From Verrucomicrobiota bacterium (GTDB lineage Bacteria > Verrucomicrobiota > Verrucomicrobiia > Opitutales > Cerasicoccaceae), in the NCBI GenBank assembly GCA_039818205.1, contig JBCBUK010000007.1, forward strand, positions 32,001 through 96,000: a stretch of DNA of 64,000 bases. Direction: 5' to 3'. Below, piece after piece: positions 39,217 to 49,700 of the stretch (position 1 is the first letter of the stretch; each line of letters begins with the position of its first letter). The notes below the pieces were generated by a model. The model was not told where the DNA came from. It saw only the letters and a list, made by a program, of their open reading frames with translations, and ran no database searches. A program made the translations under genes and the position numbers.

Positions 39217-40521
39217 ATGAAATCAGAAATCGCGACCTTAATCGCGGGCCTCGTCACTGCCCAATCGCTTTGCGCGCAGTTCATTACCCCGGACTACCGT
39301 GAGGACGACTTCGACGAGAACTTTGCCTACTGGGTTGGGTTTGATGTCGCCTATACGCCCGAGCAACCGCCCTACACTGGACTGGGTTTTGACGATGTGA
39401 ATATTCCGTTTGCCGGCGGCAATCAAAATGCCCGTCTCGCCCAAGACGAAGCCGATGCTGCGATCATTACCTCGACCGGCGGAATCTACAGTTTCCAAGA
39501 GGGCTCGACCAGTTACAAGGTCTACGACAATCCTGACTACAGCCCAGGAAGTATATTGTTCCAGACCGCGACGCTTACAGGTAGCCAATCCCTGCCCGAC
39601 CTTTCAAGCGCGAAGCTATTCTACCGCACATCGAGCAGTGGCCCTTGGGTCGAGGCAGATATTCCGATCGCAGCAGCACTGGAAAGTTCAAATTCTACTG
39701 GTGACCAATTCACCGTTTGGGAATGGGACACGAGCAGCCTGCTGATCGCCGACTACTACATACAATTTTCCTATTCGCTGAACCATTCCAGCTTCATTGA
39801 AGCTCAGCTCGACACCCATGAATCCTATGAGCAACAGCTCGACGGTTTCAGCATCAATGTGGATACAAACATTCCATTTGGCCTCCTCTTTGGGGTCATT
39901 GATCGGAGCCCAGAAAAGCTCATCTATAACGCGGGCGAAAGCGTAACGCTCGAAGTCGTGACGAACAGCAGTTTTCAATTTGTGAAGTGGATCGGAGACT
40001 TTGGCGAATCGACTGATAACCCAATGACGATTACGATCGACGACAACTTGGAACTTCAGGCGATCCTTGCTCCAGTGAACTATCAGGTCTGGCGCCAGAT
40101 TGCCTTTCCTGCTGCGCACGGGTCGGGCGCCGACCTCGGCGAAGACTGGGCATCCGATTTCGACTTTGATTTGGACGGGCGTATCAACCTGATTGAGTAT
40201 GCGTTTGGCGGAACTCCGGTTGCTTCAGATTTGGAGACTAAGCAGATCGAACTCCGCGTCATCGAGCTAGAAGGGAAACGCTACCCTGCAATCGAGTTTG
40301 CACAACAAGTTGCTGCCAATGATTTGACCTACGACGTTGCCAGCTCATCTGATCTTCAAAGCTGGCAAACCAACAATGACCCAGGCGCTCCCTTTGTTTC
40401 CGATCCGGAAATCATCTCGCTGAATAACGATGGAACCAAACAAGTCCTTGTACGTTCATTGACTCCCTTGGATTCAGAGAACCAACGCCCGTTCCTACAA
40501 CTGCTCATCCTGGCTGACTAA
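39217..40521 (+). CDS. Secreted protein: domain homologous to 38449, InlB-B-repeat-like module and C-terminal verrucomicrobial domain
   Basis: Signal peptide, YNAGESVTLEV...FQFVKWIGD...NP module and DLDGRINLIEYAFGG. Confidence 0.85.
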   Translation: MKSEIATLIAGLVTAQSLCAQFITPDYREDDFDENFAYWVGFDVAYTPEQPPYTGLGFDDVNIPFAGGNQNARLAQDEADAAIITSTGGIYSFQEGSTSYKVYDNPDYSPGSILFQTATLTGSQSLPDLSSAKLFYRTSSSGPWVEADIPIAAALESSNSTGDQFTVWEWDTSSLLIADYYIQFSYSLNHSSFIEAQLDTHESYEQQLDGFSINVDTNIPFGLLFGVIDRSPEKLIYNAGESVTLEVVTNSSFQFVKWIGDFGESTDNPMTITIDDNLELQAILAPVNYQVWRQIAFPAAHGSGADLGEDWASDFDFDLDGRINLIEYAFGGTPVASDLETKQIELRVIELEGKRYPAIEFAQQVAANDLTYDVASSSDLQSWQTNNDPGAPFVSDPEIISLNNDGTKQVLVRSLTPLDSENQRPFLQLLILAD

Positions 40522-40556
40522 CTCTTTTGAGCGAGGCGTTCAAATGCGGTTACATT

Positions 40557-41387
40557 CTAGCTCGGGATGGGCTTGCGCTTTGTAAAGAGCAGGCCGATCA
40601 CCAGCGCAAATAAGGCAATGGGAGCCAGGCTCAACCAACTGAAAGTATTGATCCCCTCCAAGCGGATATCTTCGATACTGCGGCTGATCGCGCCACCGCG
40701 CCCAAACACGCAGAGGCGATAAGGACGAGAAAGGTTTAAGGTCGGGCCATCACCAAAAGCAACCAATTGATCATCAAGCCAATACTCCCACTGGTCGGGC
40801 TTGACTATAACCCGGATACGATGAGTCCCTTCGGTAGGCCCTCCCCGGTAGAGCCGCAATTGCTCCTCTCCGTTCCGTACCAACAATCCCGCATCCATGC
40901 GATTCTGCACGATTCGGAAAACTAAGCAGTCGGGAGTTGGCTCGTTGGCGAATTCAACCTGATTCGTAAATCTCAACGACAATCCATTTTTGAGGTCTCT
41001 CGGACTAACTTGATCAGCTGCAAGCAATCCGATCTCGAACTGATTTGCGTTAAAGTCGTCAACCCGATCCGTAGAAACCGATGCCTCAAGAAGAAACCCA
41101 TCCTCACTAACAAAGGCACTATTGGTGAACCAGTATGCGCGCGGCCCCGGAAGTTGGCTTTCTTGAAAGTATTCAAGTTTTCCATCCAGTTCGCGCCAGG
41201 AGCCCTTCTGGTTGGACCACTGATGAGCGCGAATCTCGTGCACCAGACCAAAGCCCATTTCGCTATTATCCTCCAAGTTCGATTCGCCAATGAAATCGTT
41301 CTCGTACAGCACTCGTCCCATCAACATCTGGGGAGAGGTCGCAAGAAGAGTCAAAAAAAACGCGCAAATGAACTTCAGGTTCATCAT
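40557..41387 (-). CDS. Exported protein with a C-terminal TM anchor, third gene of the ECF-kinase operon
   Basis: ATG 41387 overlaps the kinase stop (ATGA). Signal peptide, and a C-terminal hydrophobic helix followed by KRK. Confidence 0.8.
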   Translation of the reverse strand: MMNLKFICAFFLTLLATSPQMLMGRVLYENDFIGESNLEDNSEMGFGLVHEIRAHQWSNQKGSWRELDGKLEYFQESQLPGPRAYWFTNSAFVSEDGFLLEASVSTDRVDDFNANQFEIGLLAADQVSPRDLKNGLSLRFTNQVEFANEPTPDCLVFRIVQNRMDAGLLVRNGEEQLRLYRGGPTEGTHRIRVIVKPDQWEYWLDDQLVAFGDGPTLNLSRPYRLCVFGRGGAISRSIEDIRLEGINTFSWLSLAPIALFALVIGLLFTKRKPIPS

Positions 41388-43405
41388 TGATATTTGACCT
41401 CTACCCAATTTGGGATTTTCTGCCAATCCTCAGCTGACAATTGGCCATCTCGAACAATCAAGGTCTCGAGATGGTGCATGGATTCGATTCCGCTAAGGTT
41501 GCACTTCGGTGTCTCTGAAATATCGAGAACCGAAAAATCAAGATTGGCCAGTTTCTTCAGAGAGAACCAAGAATCGGGAACAATTACCTTCACCGAACGT
41601 AGCGGCAATAAACTGAGAAATGGTGACTCCTTGCCTCCGGGAGCGCGGGCGTGCATCACGCTCAATCCCGTTCCGCCGATCACTAGATGTTGGCTGACGG
41701 GATCGTAATTGAAGATACCAGATAACCATTCCTGATTATAGTGTTCAAGCAGTGCCTGAACAACTGGCCCATAGCCTGATTTGTCCTCGCGATGGGCCGC
41801 GTCGAAATAGACCATTTTGGAGAACAAGCCCAGGAAGTTGCTATCCATCAATTTGGCATGTTGAGCACAGGCGATTACTTCATCCAGGCTCGGGCGTACA
41901 GTCTGATTAAATCGGTAATCTTTAAAGCGACTGGCAAGTTCAATAAACTGCGGGTTTACCTCCAAGCCCTGTTGCAGCGCAGTTTCATTGGCGATCTTAA
42001 AGTTCATGCGAATCATTTCGAAATAGAATCGCTGCCGCCAGTACTCCTCCGCATCTGGAAATAGTGTGACATGCTGATCATAGGCTTCCAACAGCGTTCC
42101 CATGACCCAACCGGGGTCGGTGTAAAACATACGATCTCGCACCCTCGCGTAAGTTGCCAAGGTGCCATCAGATAGCTGAGTCAGTGAATCAATCTCGTCC
42201 TGCGCCGTTTCCTTGTAGGTGTCCAGTAGCTGATACTGCGTCTCCGCGCGGCGCTTCTGCTCTTCGACTGCACGAGATAAGGTGTGGCTCGTGAAGGCGA
42301 CAATGGTCGCTGCCATAAACAAGACGCAACACAGCAGTACGTTGCGCTGGACCAAGAGAACCAATCGCTCCCAGAGAAACGGGCTGTCCGCATAGGTTGG
42401 AATGTGGCCCTTGTATCGTTGGATATCCTCCTGCAGACTCTTTACTGATGAATAGCGCTTCTCGGGGTCCGGTGACATTGCTCGCTTGACGATGGCCTTC
42501 AAACCTTTGGTCAAACCAGAGTCTGAATGTTTGATCCGACCGACCTCGATCACCACTCCCTTACGGGTTTTCTCAATCATTTTCTCGATGGACAATCCCT
42601 CCATCGGTGCCGATCGCGTCAAGATACTATAGAGGATGGCTCCAAGGGCGTAGACATCGGTTCGGGCGTCCTTCTCCCCACCTGAGACCACTTGTTCTGG
42701 GGCCATATAGCCTGGTGTTCCTTTAATCTCCCCCAGCAGCGACTTACCGGTGTATCCTTCGAGGTCAATCTCGACTTCGTCAGCCAACTCATGAAAGAGC
42801 TTCGACTCATTCACAACTTTCGCCAAACCCCAATCGCAAACGATCACCTCACCGAAATCATTTACATAGATATTGGCGGGTTTGAGATCGAGGTGAATGA
42901 CGCCTTCACCATGGGCATACGCCACCGCATCACAGATCTTCAGAAAGATATCAAGGTAGTCATTTAACTTAAGTTCATCTCCCTTTGGATTCTCTTTAAA
43001 TACGCGGTCCTCGACCAATTCCTCTAGCGTCGAGCCTCGCATGAGGTCCATGGAAAAAAATGGCCGTCCACCTGGTTCCACGCCAATGTCGTGGATATTA
43101 ATAATATTGGGGTGACTCAATGAAGCGGTCAGCTGCGCCTCCAACAGAAACGGCTCATAGAACACTTTATCCAATCGCTCGTGCAGCCGCCCGATTGCAA
43201 CCTGGCGTTTGGTCTTCGTATCAAAGGCGCGGAAAATCTGTTTCGACCCACCCTCAGCAATAAAAGCCGGGTCTAGATACCGGTCACCCTCGTTAAGCAA
43301 ATCGGCATACGCCGGCGAGAGGTCTTCGGCATTCGGGTCTCCATCGGATGCCAAATCATAGAGAAAACCGAGATCTCGATCCAGGTTATACTCATCCTCA
43401 GTCAT
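41384..43405 (-). CDS. Membrane-spanning Hanks-type Ser/Thr protein kinase with atypical lysine placement
   Basis: HPNI, HLDLKPAN, DWGLAK, GTPGYMAPEQ and DVYALGAILY motifs. One TM segment and an LRR-like C-terminus. Confidence 0.92.
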   Translation of the reverse strand: MTEDEYNLDRDLGFLYDLASDGDPNAEDLSPAYADLLNEGDRYLDPAFIAEGGSKQIFRAFDTKTKRQVAIGRLHERLDKVFYEPFLLEAQLTASLSHPNIINIHDIGVEPGGRPFFSMDLMRGSTLEELVEDRVFKENPKGDELKLNDYLDIFLKICDAVAYAHGEGVIHLDLKPANIYVNDFGEVIVCDWGLAKVVNESKLFHELADEVEIDLEGYTGKSLLGEIKGTPGYMAPEQVVSGGEKDARTDVYALGAILYSILTRSAPMEGLSIEKMIEKTRKGVVIEVGRIKHSDSGLTKGLKAIVKRAMSPDPEKRYSSVKSLQEDIQRYKGHIPTYADSPFLWERLVLLVQRNVLLCCVLFMAATIVAFTSHTLSRAVEEQKRRAETQYQLLDTYKETAQDEIDSLTQLSDGTLATYARVRDRMFYTDPGWVMGTLLEAYDQHVTLFPDAEEYWRQRFYFEMIRMNFKIANETALQQGLEVNPQFIELASRFKDYRFNQTVRPSLDEVIACAQHAKLMDSNFLGLFSKMVYFDAAHREDKSGYGPVVQALLEHYNQEWLSGIFNYDPVSQHLVIGGTGLSVMHARAPGGKESPFLSLLPLRSVKVIVPDSWFSLKKLANLDFSVLDISETPKCNLSGIESMHHLETLIVRDGQLSAEDWQKIPNWVEVKYQ

Positions 43406-43986
43406 TCCAAATTTGTTTTCAGATTCTGAACCTCCTTCAACAAGCGGCTCTTCACACGACGCTTCAACGTATAGACAGTATTGACCGTAACTCCAAGCTC
43501 TTCAGCAATGGCCTCAACCTTCATCCCCTTAATGCTCATTTTGAATACTTGAATCGCATTGCCGCGATAAACCTTCTCGACGTTCGTCATCGCAAGGTTC
43601 GAAAGGTAAATCCCCCACTCCTTATTGACCATTTCTTCAAACTCATCGGTCGCCAAATCGGCTGCCGTTGCTTCAAGGTGATCTTTCTCCGTAGTTGTGA
43701 CTAGTTTATCTCGGCGAATTCGCTTTGCCAGATAGCGACCAGCCTGGTGCCGCACAATCGCACTCAACCAGGTTCGAAACTTCGCCTTCTCTTTTTTATA
43801 GGTCGGCAGGCTTTTCCAAAGCTCGATCAGAATATCCTGTGATAAGTCATCGATATCATCGGGGCGCACGCCAATGCGGTTTAGCAGGTAAAAAATAAAC
43901 CGCCGGTAGTAAAACACGAACTCATCCCAGGCTTCATTGTTTCCGGGCTGGCATGCGCGTTCCAAGAGTGTGTGCCTGGTTTCCAT
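43402..43986 (-). CDS. ECF sigma factor, kinase-associated type
   Basis: TRHTLLER..AWDEF..YY, KFRTWL and IAEELGVTVNTVYTLKRRV motifs. Its stop overlaps the kinase start. Confidence 0.92.
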   Translation of the reverse strand: METRHTLLERACQPGNNEAWDEFVFYYRRFIFYLLNRIGVRPDDIDDLSQDILIELWKSLPTYKKEKAKFRTWLSAIVRHQAGRYLAKRIRRDKLVTTTEKDHLEATAADLATDEFEEMVNKEWGIYLSNLAMTNVEKVYRGNAIQVFKMSIKGMKVEAIAEELGVTVNTVYTLKRRVKSRLLKEVQNLKTNLE

Positions 43987-44368
43987 CTAAGGTCTTGAGT
44001 GGATGCGTTCACGTTCCAGTTCCGAAACACGGTCTGCAACGGTTAGAAATCTAAGGTTAGGAACGTTTTTGACGATCGGATTGTCACTGTAAATATCGGA
44101 ATAGAAGAGCCCATCGTTAAGAATTCTTACTGAGCAACGTATCAATTGTCGAGTCGGTTTGAGGGAACAACCGAGCCCAGAATTGCAGGAAACACTTCAA
44201 TATTCGATAAAGTATCTGATCGAGTGTACAAAACGTCAACAGGTCAAACAATGTATTGATAGCCATGTTTCGCTTAGCGCGGTAACGCAAGGCTAACCGT
44301 TTCATTTCAATACACTTCCGGCGACCAAAATTTCGCTGTAACAAACCTCAATATACATTCAATCACCC

Positions 44369-45013
44369 ATGACAGAATATCTTCGAAAAGCCAAGCCGGC
44401 AAGCGCCCTCTTAGCCGGGATGCTGCTCTGCCCGCTGGCAAATGCTGAACTAATCACCTTTGACTGGGCCGCTGGCTTCCAGAGCAACGTACCGACCACA
44501 ACGTTCTTTGATGTGGATGGTTCTGGCATTGACGTTGAGGTGTCCTTTTCAACGTTCACCCAGGGCAATGGAGCTAACAACCCAGCCAGCAACGGTGGCG
44601 TCGATGGAACCGCTGGCGGATTCCTGGATACCACCGCCGCCACCGGAAGCATCAATTTCGACTCTGATGTTCTGATCTCCCAGTTCTACTGGCGCCCAGC
44701 AAGTGCAGCTGATGCCGCGCCAGTAACCCTTGTTGGTTCGCTCTTGGGAATCGAGCAATGGAGCATCAGCACCATTGTCCCTATTACCGGCGATGCCGAA
44801 CTGATCAATTCAGATCTCCAACTCACAACCGGAAGCTTCGCGAGCGCAATTGACTCAATCAGCTTCAGTCAATCGGTTCTGACGAATTCCAACCGTTTGG
44901 ATGATATCACTTTCACCGTCGCAACGATACCGGAACCAAGCACGTTTGCTCTGATCGGAAGCCTGCTTGCCTTCGGTGCGGTCGTTGTCCGTCGAAGAAA
45001 GAACAATAGCTAA
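44369..45013 (+). CDS. PEP-CTERM sorting domain protein
   Basis: Signal peptide, IPEPSTFAL, TM segment and RRRK. Confidence 0.92.
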   Translation: MTEYLRKAKPASALLAGMLLCPLANAELITFDWAAGFQSNVPTTTFFDVDGSGIDVEVSFSTFTQGNGANNPASNGGVDGTAGGFLDTTAATGSINFDSDVLISQFYWRPASAADAAPVTLVGSLLGIEQWSISTIVPITGDAELINSDLQLTTGSFASAIDSISFSQSVLTNSNRLDDITFTVATIPEPSTFALIGSLLAFGAVVVRRRKNNS

Positions 45014-45041
45014 ATATTACAGTAGGAATATTTAGGGGGTA

Positions 45042-45080
45042 GTCAGGCCAAGGTGAGGACCTTGGCCTGACATTTTCTCT
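45042..45080 (+). terminator. Strong hairpin/terminator after the PEP-CTERM gene
   Basis: GTCAGGCCAAGGT-GAGG-ACCTTGGCCTGAC is a perfect 13-bp stem, followed by ATTTTCTCT. Confidence 0.75.
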
Positions 45081-45167
45081 AAGGTTCCACTGGCTCAAAG
45101 ATAATCCAACGACTGAAAGAGTTCCATTTCGCGCTTTTAATGGCGCCTCGTTGTCATAAGCTGAAGT

Positions 45168-46661
45168 ATGCTTCGATTAATCCCCAACCTCCTTATCGCA
45201 TTAGGAATTACCGTTAGCCTGCCAGGCAACGCCCAAGCACAATCCAAGGACCAACGACCAAACGTCCTGATTATCATGGCCGACGACCTCGGCTACGCCG
45301 ATGTCGGATTCAATGGATCGACCGCTGTGGAAACACCGGTTCTGGACAGTCTCGCCCAGCAAGGTGTGATCTGTGAGAACGGCTACGTCACGCATCCCTA
45401 TTGTGGCCCTTCCCGGGCAGGCTTCATTACCGGCCGTTATCAGGCCCGGTTTGGGATGGAGATCAACGTCACCTACTCCCCCTACGATCAATACTCGGGA
45501 TTACCACTGGACCAGAAAACATTTGGCGACCGCCTCCAGGCGCTTGGTTACCACACCGGCGTCATTGGCAAATGGCACCTCGGTGCGTCACCACCATTTC
45601 ACCCCAACAATCGGGGATTTGATTATTTTTATGGATTCCTGTCCGGAGGCCATTGCTACTTCCCAAGCGGGGTTACTACCAACCATCCCTTGACCCTACC
45701 CAACGGTCAGCCCCACTACAGTGCCAATGAAGGCGGATTCCTTCCCCTCATTCGCAACAACCAAGCCGCCGAGTTCAACGAGTATCTCACATATGCCCTC
45801 AGCCGAGATGCCGCAAAATTCGTCAAAGAATCCGAGAAACCATTTTGTTTATTCCTCGCCTACAACGCGCCACACGGCCCACTAGAAGCGCCGCGGGATT
45901 TGATGGCGAAGTATTCCCACGTCAAGCCATGGCAGCGACAAGCCTACCTTGCGATGATCGACGCGATGGATCAAGGCATTGGCATGGTCGTCGACGCACT
46001 CAAGGAATCCGACAAATTCGACAATACGCTTATTTTCTTTCTTTCAGATAATGGCGGCGTGCAATCCAAGCCAGGCTACGAGAACGAAACCTGGGCGGAC
46101 AATGGACCACTCCGTAATGGCAAAGGCAGCATGCGCGAAGGCGGAAGTCATGTTCCATTTATAGCCCACTGGCCCGATGGAATTCCTAGCGGTGAGCGCT
46201 ACTCCTATCCAGTGTCTTCACTCGACATTACGGCAACCGCCGTCGCACTCGCTGGCAGCAAGGTACAAGATCCTGAGCTGGATGGCGTCAATTTGATCCC
46301 CTACTTCAATGGGAAGAAAACCGGCCCGCCTCACAACGCGATTTTCTGGCGAATCCGGGATGGATCTGCCTGGTGCGTTCGCACGCCGGATGCAAAGTAT
46401 TTGTTTGAGAACCGAGGCGCACCGGGCCCAGAACTCTACGACATGGTCAACGACCCTTTTGAGTCCACCAATCTAATTGAAAAGCGCCCGGAACAACGCC
46501 AACAACTGGCTGCGCTCTGGAATGATTGGAATGCCGACAATCACGCAAATGTTTTACTTCAATCTGGAGAGTATCAAAAGCGACGCCTTCGGATGTATAA
46601 AGAATTGTTTGAAGATCTCGAAGCCAAGGCTGACAAGCGAAAGCCAACCGTGATCGAGTAG
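45168..46661 (+). CDS. Secreted S1 sulfatase
   Basis: PNVLIIMADDLG, CGPSRAGFITGRY, GKWHLG and SDNGG motifs. Confidence 0.95.
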   Translation: MLRLIPNLLIALGITVSLPGNAQAQSKDQRPNVLIIMADDLGYADVGFNGSTAVETPVLDSLAQQGVICENGYVTHPYCGPSRAGFITGRYQARFGMEINVTYSPYDQYSGLPLDQKTFGDRLQALGYHTGVIGKWHLGASPPFHPNNRGFDYFYGFLSGGHCYFPSGVTTNHPLTLPNGQPHYSANEGGFLPLIRNNQAAEFNEYLTYALSRDAAKFVKESEKPFCLFLAYNAPHGPLEAPRDLMAKYSHVKPWQRQAYLAMIDAMDQGIGMVVDALKESDKFDNTLIFFLSDNGGVQSKPGYENETWADNGPLRNGKGSMREGGSHVPFIAHWPDGIPSGERYSYPVSSLDITATAVALAGSKVQDPELDGVNLIPYFNGKKTGPPHNAIFWRIRDGSAWCVRTPDAKYLFENRGAPGPELYDMVNDPFESTNLIEKRPEQRQQLAALWNDWNADNHANVLLQSGEYQKRRLRMYKELFEDLEAKADKRKPTVIE

Positions 46662-46746
46662 CCCGTTTCAACCGCCATCTACTTTAGGAAAGCATCCCGT
46701 TAAAGATGCCGAAAATGTTTACCTTAACCCTAAACATCTCTCAATA

Positions 46747-49700
46747 ATGTTACATTGTATCCGGTTTTTCTCTTGGTTAGCTGTCTGCTGGGTGACGCAA
46801 GCGGCGTCCGCACAGAACATCGTCGTTAGCTCAACCAAACCAACCGGGGACTACGCTATTGATGAGCTAGGACTCGAGGGAGACCCAAAGTCGACGCCCA
46901 TCCGACGCATCGATGATGTTGGCAATGCCCGTGTCTTGGGGCACACGATCAAGGAATCCACGGGGTTTGATCTTGAAAGTTTTATCCTGGTTAGTGCTTC
47001 GAATATCAGTTTCGGAACGACTACTGATATTCGACTGGCGATTCTCGAGGATACCAATAACAGCGATCGTGGCGACACGGTTGTTTACAATGAACTCTTC
47101 GATCTGAATGGCCTGTCTTTTTCTGATGGTGACTACGTCGAATTTCTCCTCGGTAGTGACTTAGCGATCAAAGCCAACACGACTTATGAGATTCAATTCG
47201 CCTACTCTGATCCCGGCTCGACGCATACTAATTTTCTTTTCCGCCGTTCAGAAAATGGCCTCAACAACTATCCTACAGGGACACTTTTGGACGAAAACTC
47301 TTTCCACTTCAACAATCGTGGATTTCCAGTAACCGACGGTTCTCTCGCGTTAAGCGGGCTGGATCGCGATCTATTTTTCGGCCTGACTAAGCCCTCAGCG
47401 GACCCGGACCCCGACCCAGATCCAACTCCGATTCCAACCGACCGCCCCAATATCATCCTTATCTTTACCGATGACCTCGGCTGGGGAGACATCTCACTTC
47501 ACGGCAATACATCCATTAGCACACCTCAAATTGATCGACTCGCTACGGAGGGCGTTCGTTTTACTAACGGATACGTAACTCATGCCTACTGCGGCCCTTC
47601 GCGTGCGGGCATAATGGCCGGTCGCTATCAGCAACGCTTCGGTTTTGAGGCTAACCCGGCCAAGACCGATGACGACATGCTGCTGGGCATCGCCCCCTCG
47701 GAAATCCTTATGCCTCAAGCGCTGCAAAGCGCTGGATATCGGACCGCCTGCATCGGCAAATGGCACCTGGGAGCAACCCCGATTCACCACCCACTCAATC
47801 GCGGCTTCGATGAGTTCTACGGCTTTCTCGATGGTGACGCCAACTACTGGGATGTCGAACAAGGTGGCCGAATCCATAACATATCGCGCGAATACGACTG
47901 GGTTAACGATGTGGGCTACCTCACCGATAATTTCACAGATGCGACGCTCGACTTCATCGATCGGAATCGCCACGACCGCTTCTTCGTCTACCTGTCGCTA
48001 AACGCAGTTCACGGCCCCTTCCAAGCCACGTCTTACTACCAAAGCCTCGTAAACGATCCGAACTTGGATAATTTGCGAAAAGTTCAACTGGCTATGGTGC
48101 TGTCCGTCGAAGAGACCGTAAAGCGCATCCGCCAGAAACTGGCAGACCTCAACCTAACCGAAGATACGCTGATCGTCTTTACGAACGACAACGGGGGCCA
48201 CACCGGAGACAATGGCATGAATTTGCCCCTACGCGGGCACAAGGGCACCCATTTCGAAGGCGGGCTTCGTGTTCCGTTTTTCATGATCTGGCCTGGAAAG
48301 ATACCAGCTGGGACGGTCGTCGACGATCCAGTCATCACTCTTGATTTATATGCCACGTTTGCCAACGCCGCTGGTGTTCAGCCAGAAGACCGTAACCCCA
48401 ACTTAGATGGTGTCGATCTCCTGCCCTATATTCTCGGCCACGAAACCGGCCCGCCCCACGATGCACTCTACTGGCGCGACGGCACTGGTTGGCAATTTAC
48501 GGTCCGACAAGGCAACTATAAATTAAAGGGCGGCGCCGATTCAAATCGCTTTCCACCTTCGATATTTGATGTGGTCAACGATCCCTACGAAACGACTAAC
48601 CTCTACAACTCTCGCCCGGATCTTGCCGCAAGCCTTCGAAGCACCTACAATCAGTGGAACGCGACCTTACCCAGACAAGACTTCGGAAACAATCAAACGT
48701 TCCCCAACCCGATCAGCGGTGGAATCAACTCGCCGGCAACTGCCACGGCCAATGCATCTGGCAACCCGGCCACGATATCGTTCACGACAAACTATGTTGA
48801 TTCCAGTGGCGGCAGTCTCAACTATATTTGGCAAGTCGAGGGAGAGGGAAAAAGCTTCATCCACACACCAACCGGAGCAAGTTCAGTCATCGAATTCAAC
48901 AACTCGGGAAGCTATGAAGTCCGAGTTACGGTGAACAATGGTCGTTTCCTTAAAGAGGATCTAGTAACCGTGAATGTATCCGGTGCGCCATCGGTTCCAG
49001 TTTCCGATATTCCGACCCTCGGACAGACAGTCTGGATCGAATCGATTGCCTCCGGGAAACGGCTGCTCGTCAACAACGACGGTGGCGAGCAGGTTCTTGC
49101 CGACGCCGATCCAATTTATGGCTCCGATCTCAAGCCAGGGATTGGCAGTCAATGGGGCGTTCTCCGAGCGCCAAATGGATATCTATCACTCGTCTCCATT
49201 AAAACCGGGAAACTCATGAAAGTCGGGCCAGCACCCGACTTCGTAATCGCCGCAACCGAAGAACCCAGCGAAACACCGACTGATAGCGCGCAGTTTCAAT
49301 TCCAATCCGAACCAAATAGCCGCTTCTCAATCGTGCCCAAAGTTGCGCCAAGCAGTCGCGTTTCGGTCGACACGGGAGTTGCGCGCAACCCGGCTAGCGC
49401 AACCGGTACCGCCGGCAACTCGAACACGCAATTTACTTTTGGCGCCCTCAAACATGATGTCCCCTACACCATCGAAGTCTCCTCACTCGAAGGACAATCG
49501 TCGGCAACCGCCGTTCAAGAAGGCTGGTTCACTGTCTTTCTGCAACCCTCACTAACACCCGAGATCAATGTCGTCTGGGTGGAAGAACGCTTCCCCGCCG
49601 ATTGGACGGTAGAAGTTCGCAGCATGAGCCACGGCGGAACTTTTGATGCCCAAAACAAAGTCATCAGCTGGGGGCCATTTTTCGGAACATTCCCCAACCT

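Noticed and set aside
41384..43405. Kinase as a pseudokinase or pseudogene
   Set aside because: The ORF is intact, the other catalytic motifs are retained, and a compensating Lys is present in the Gly-loop.
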